This document shows, piece after piece, positions 63,542 to 64,000 of a stretch of 64,000 nucleotides of DNA. Where the stretch lies: assembly GCF_009914755.1 (NCBI RefSeq), contig NC_060930.1; one strand, 5' to 3'. This DNA comes from the human T2T-CHM13v2.0 reference genome, Homo sapiens. The notes beneath the pieces were generated by a model. That model saw only the letters and a program-made list of their open reading frames with translations. It ran no database searches and had not been told where the DNA came from. Position 1 is the stretch's first letter. Each line of letters opens with the position of its first letter. The translations under genes and the position numbers were made by a program.

Positions 63542-64000
63542 ATTTTTCCAACATCTGTGTGCTTGGCATCATAGAAACCATGATGAATAGAGGGAAAAAT
63601 CTATACTGAAGATGCATTTTATATAGTTAGAAGGAGGCCACATTATGACCGGACTTTAAAACAAAACTATTGAAATATGAATTAGGGACTGATATAAATT
63701 ATTTGACAAAGCATGGTTTAGGTGAGTAGAATTTAAGGAATATAGCAAAGAGTACTTTGTTTCCAGCAGATCAAGTATCACACATGATGGGGGCTTCTAT
63801 TGAAGTGATTTCATTATAAAATGATGTAGGCCTGGGTGAAGTGATGGGATGGGTAGATGGAAGAGAGCTAAAGCTAACTTTATGGTCTGTAAAAAAAAAA
63901 AAGAATGCATTTGGATGAGGCTAATTTTGGAGAAAGGGGACTGGAGAAGAATGCAGTTATTTGCTAAACATGTTCTCTATTGTTAGGCAACAAATGGGAA

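Overview
AT-rich, CpG-depleted primate genomic DNA. Alu J/S/Y, THE1 and a HERV-K(HML-2) LTR5A-type solo LTR point to a catarrhine, probably human or another hominoid. It looks like a gene desert or large intron made mostly of stacked retroelements. These include old L1M and L2 debris, a TSD-bounded near-full-length L1PB, two degenerate ERVL (class III) internal regions, a complete old MLT1 MaLR provirus, five THE1 elements, MSTA, MER31, LTR5A and three DNA-transposon fossils. I see no credible protein-coding gene, RNA gene, CpG island or CRISPR-like array; the longer ORFs I could place are repeat-derived or antisense. I found no convincing new biological system. The most interesting signals are fossil rearrangements: (1) a chimeric THE1 provirus with mismatched LTRs and flanks; (2) a THE1-int/ERVL-pol fusion at a 13-bp microhomology; (3) a second RT-tether copy downstream of integrase in one ERVL; (4) two short inverted duplications, one with the 5' 14-mer of an Alu as its loop; (5) an internal Alu fragment flanked by a 59-bp duplication; (6) a triple nest of LTR5A in MSTA in AluJ with all TSDs visible; (7) one candidate 77-nt non-coding exon. 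Subfamily names come from recalled consensus motifs and need RepeatMasker/Dfam confirmation. Boundaries of the old repeats are approximate.
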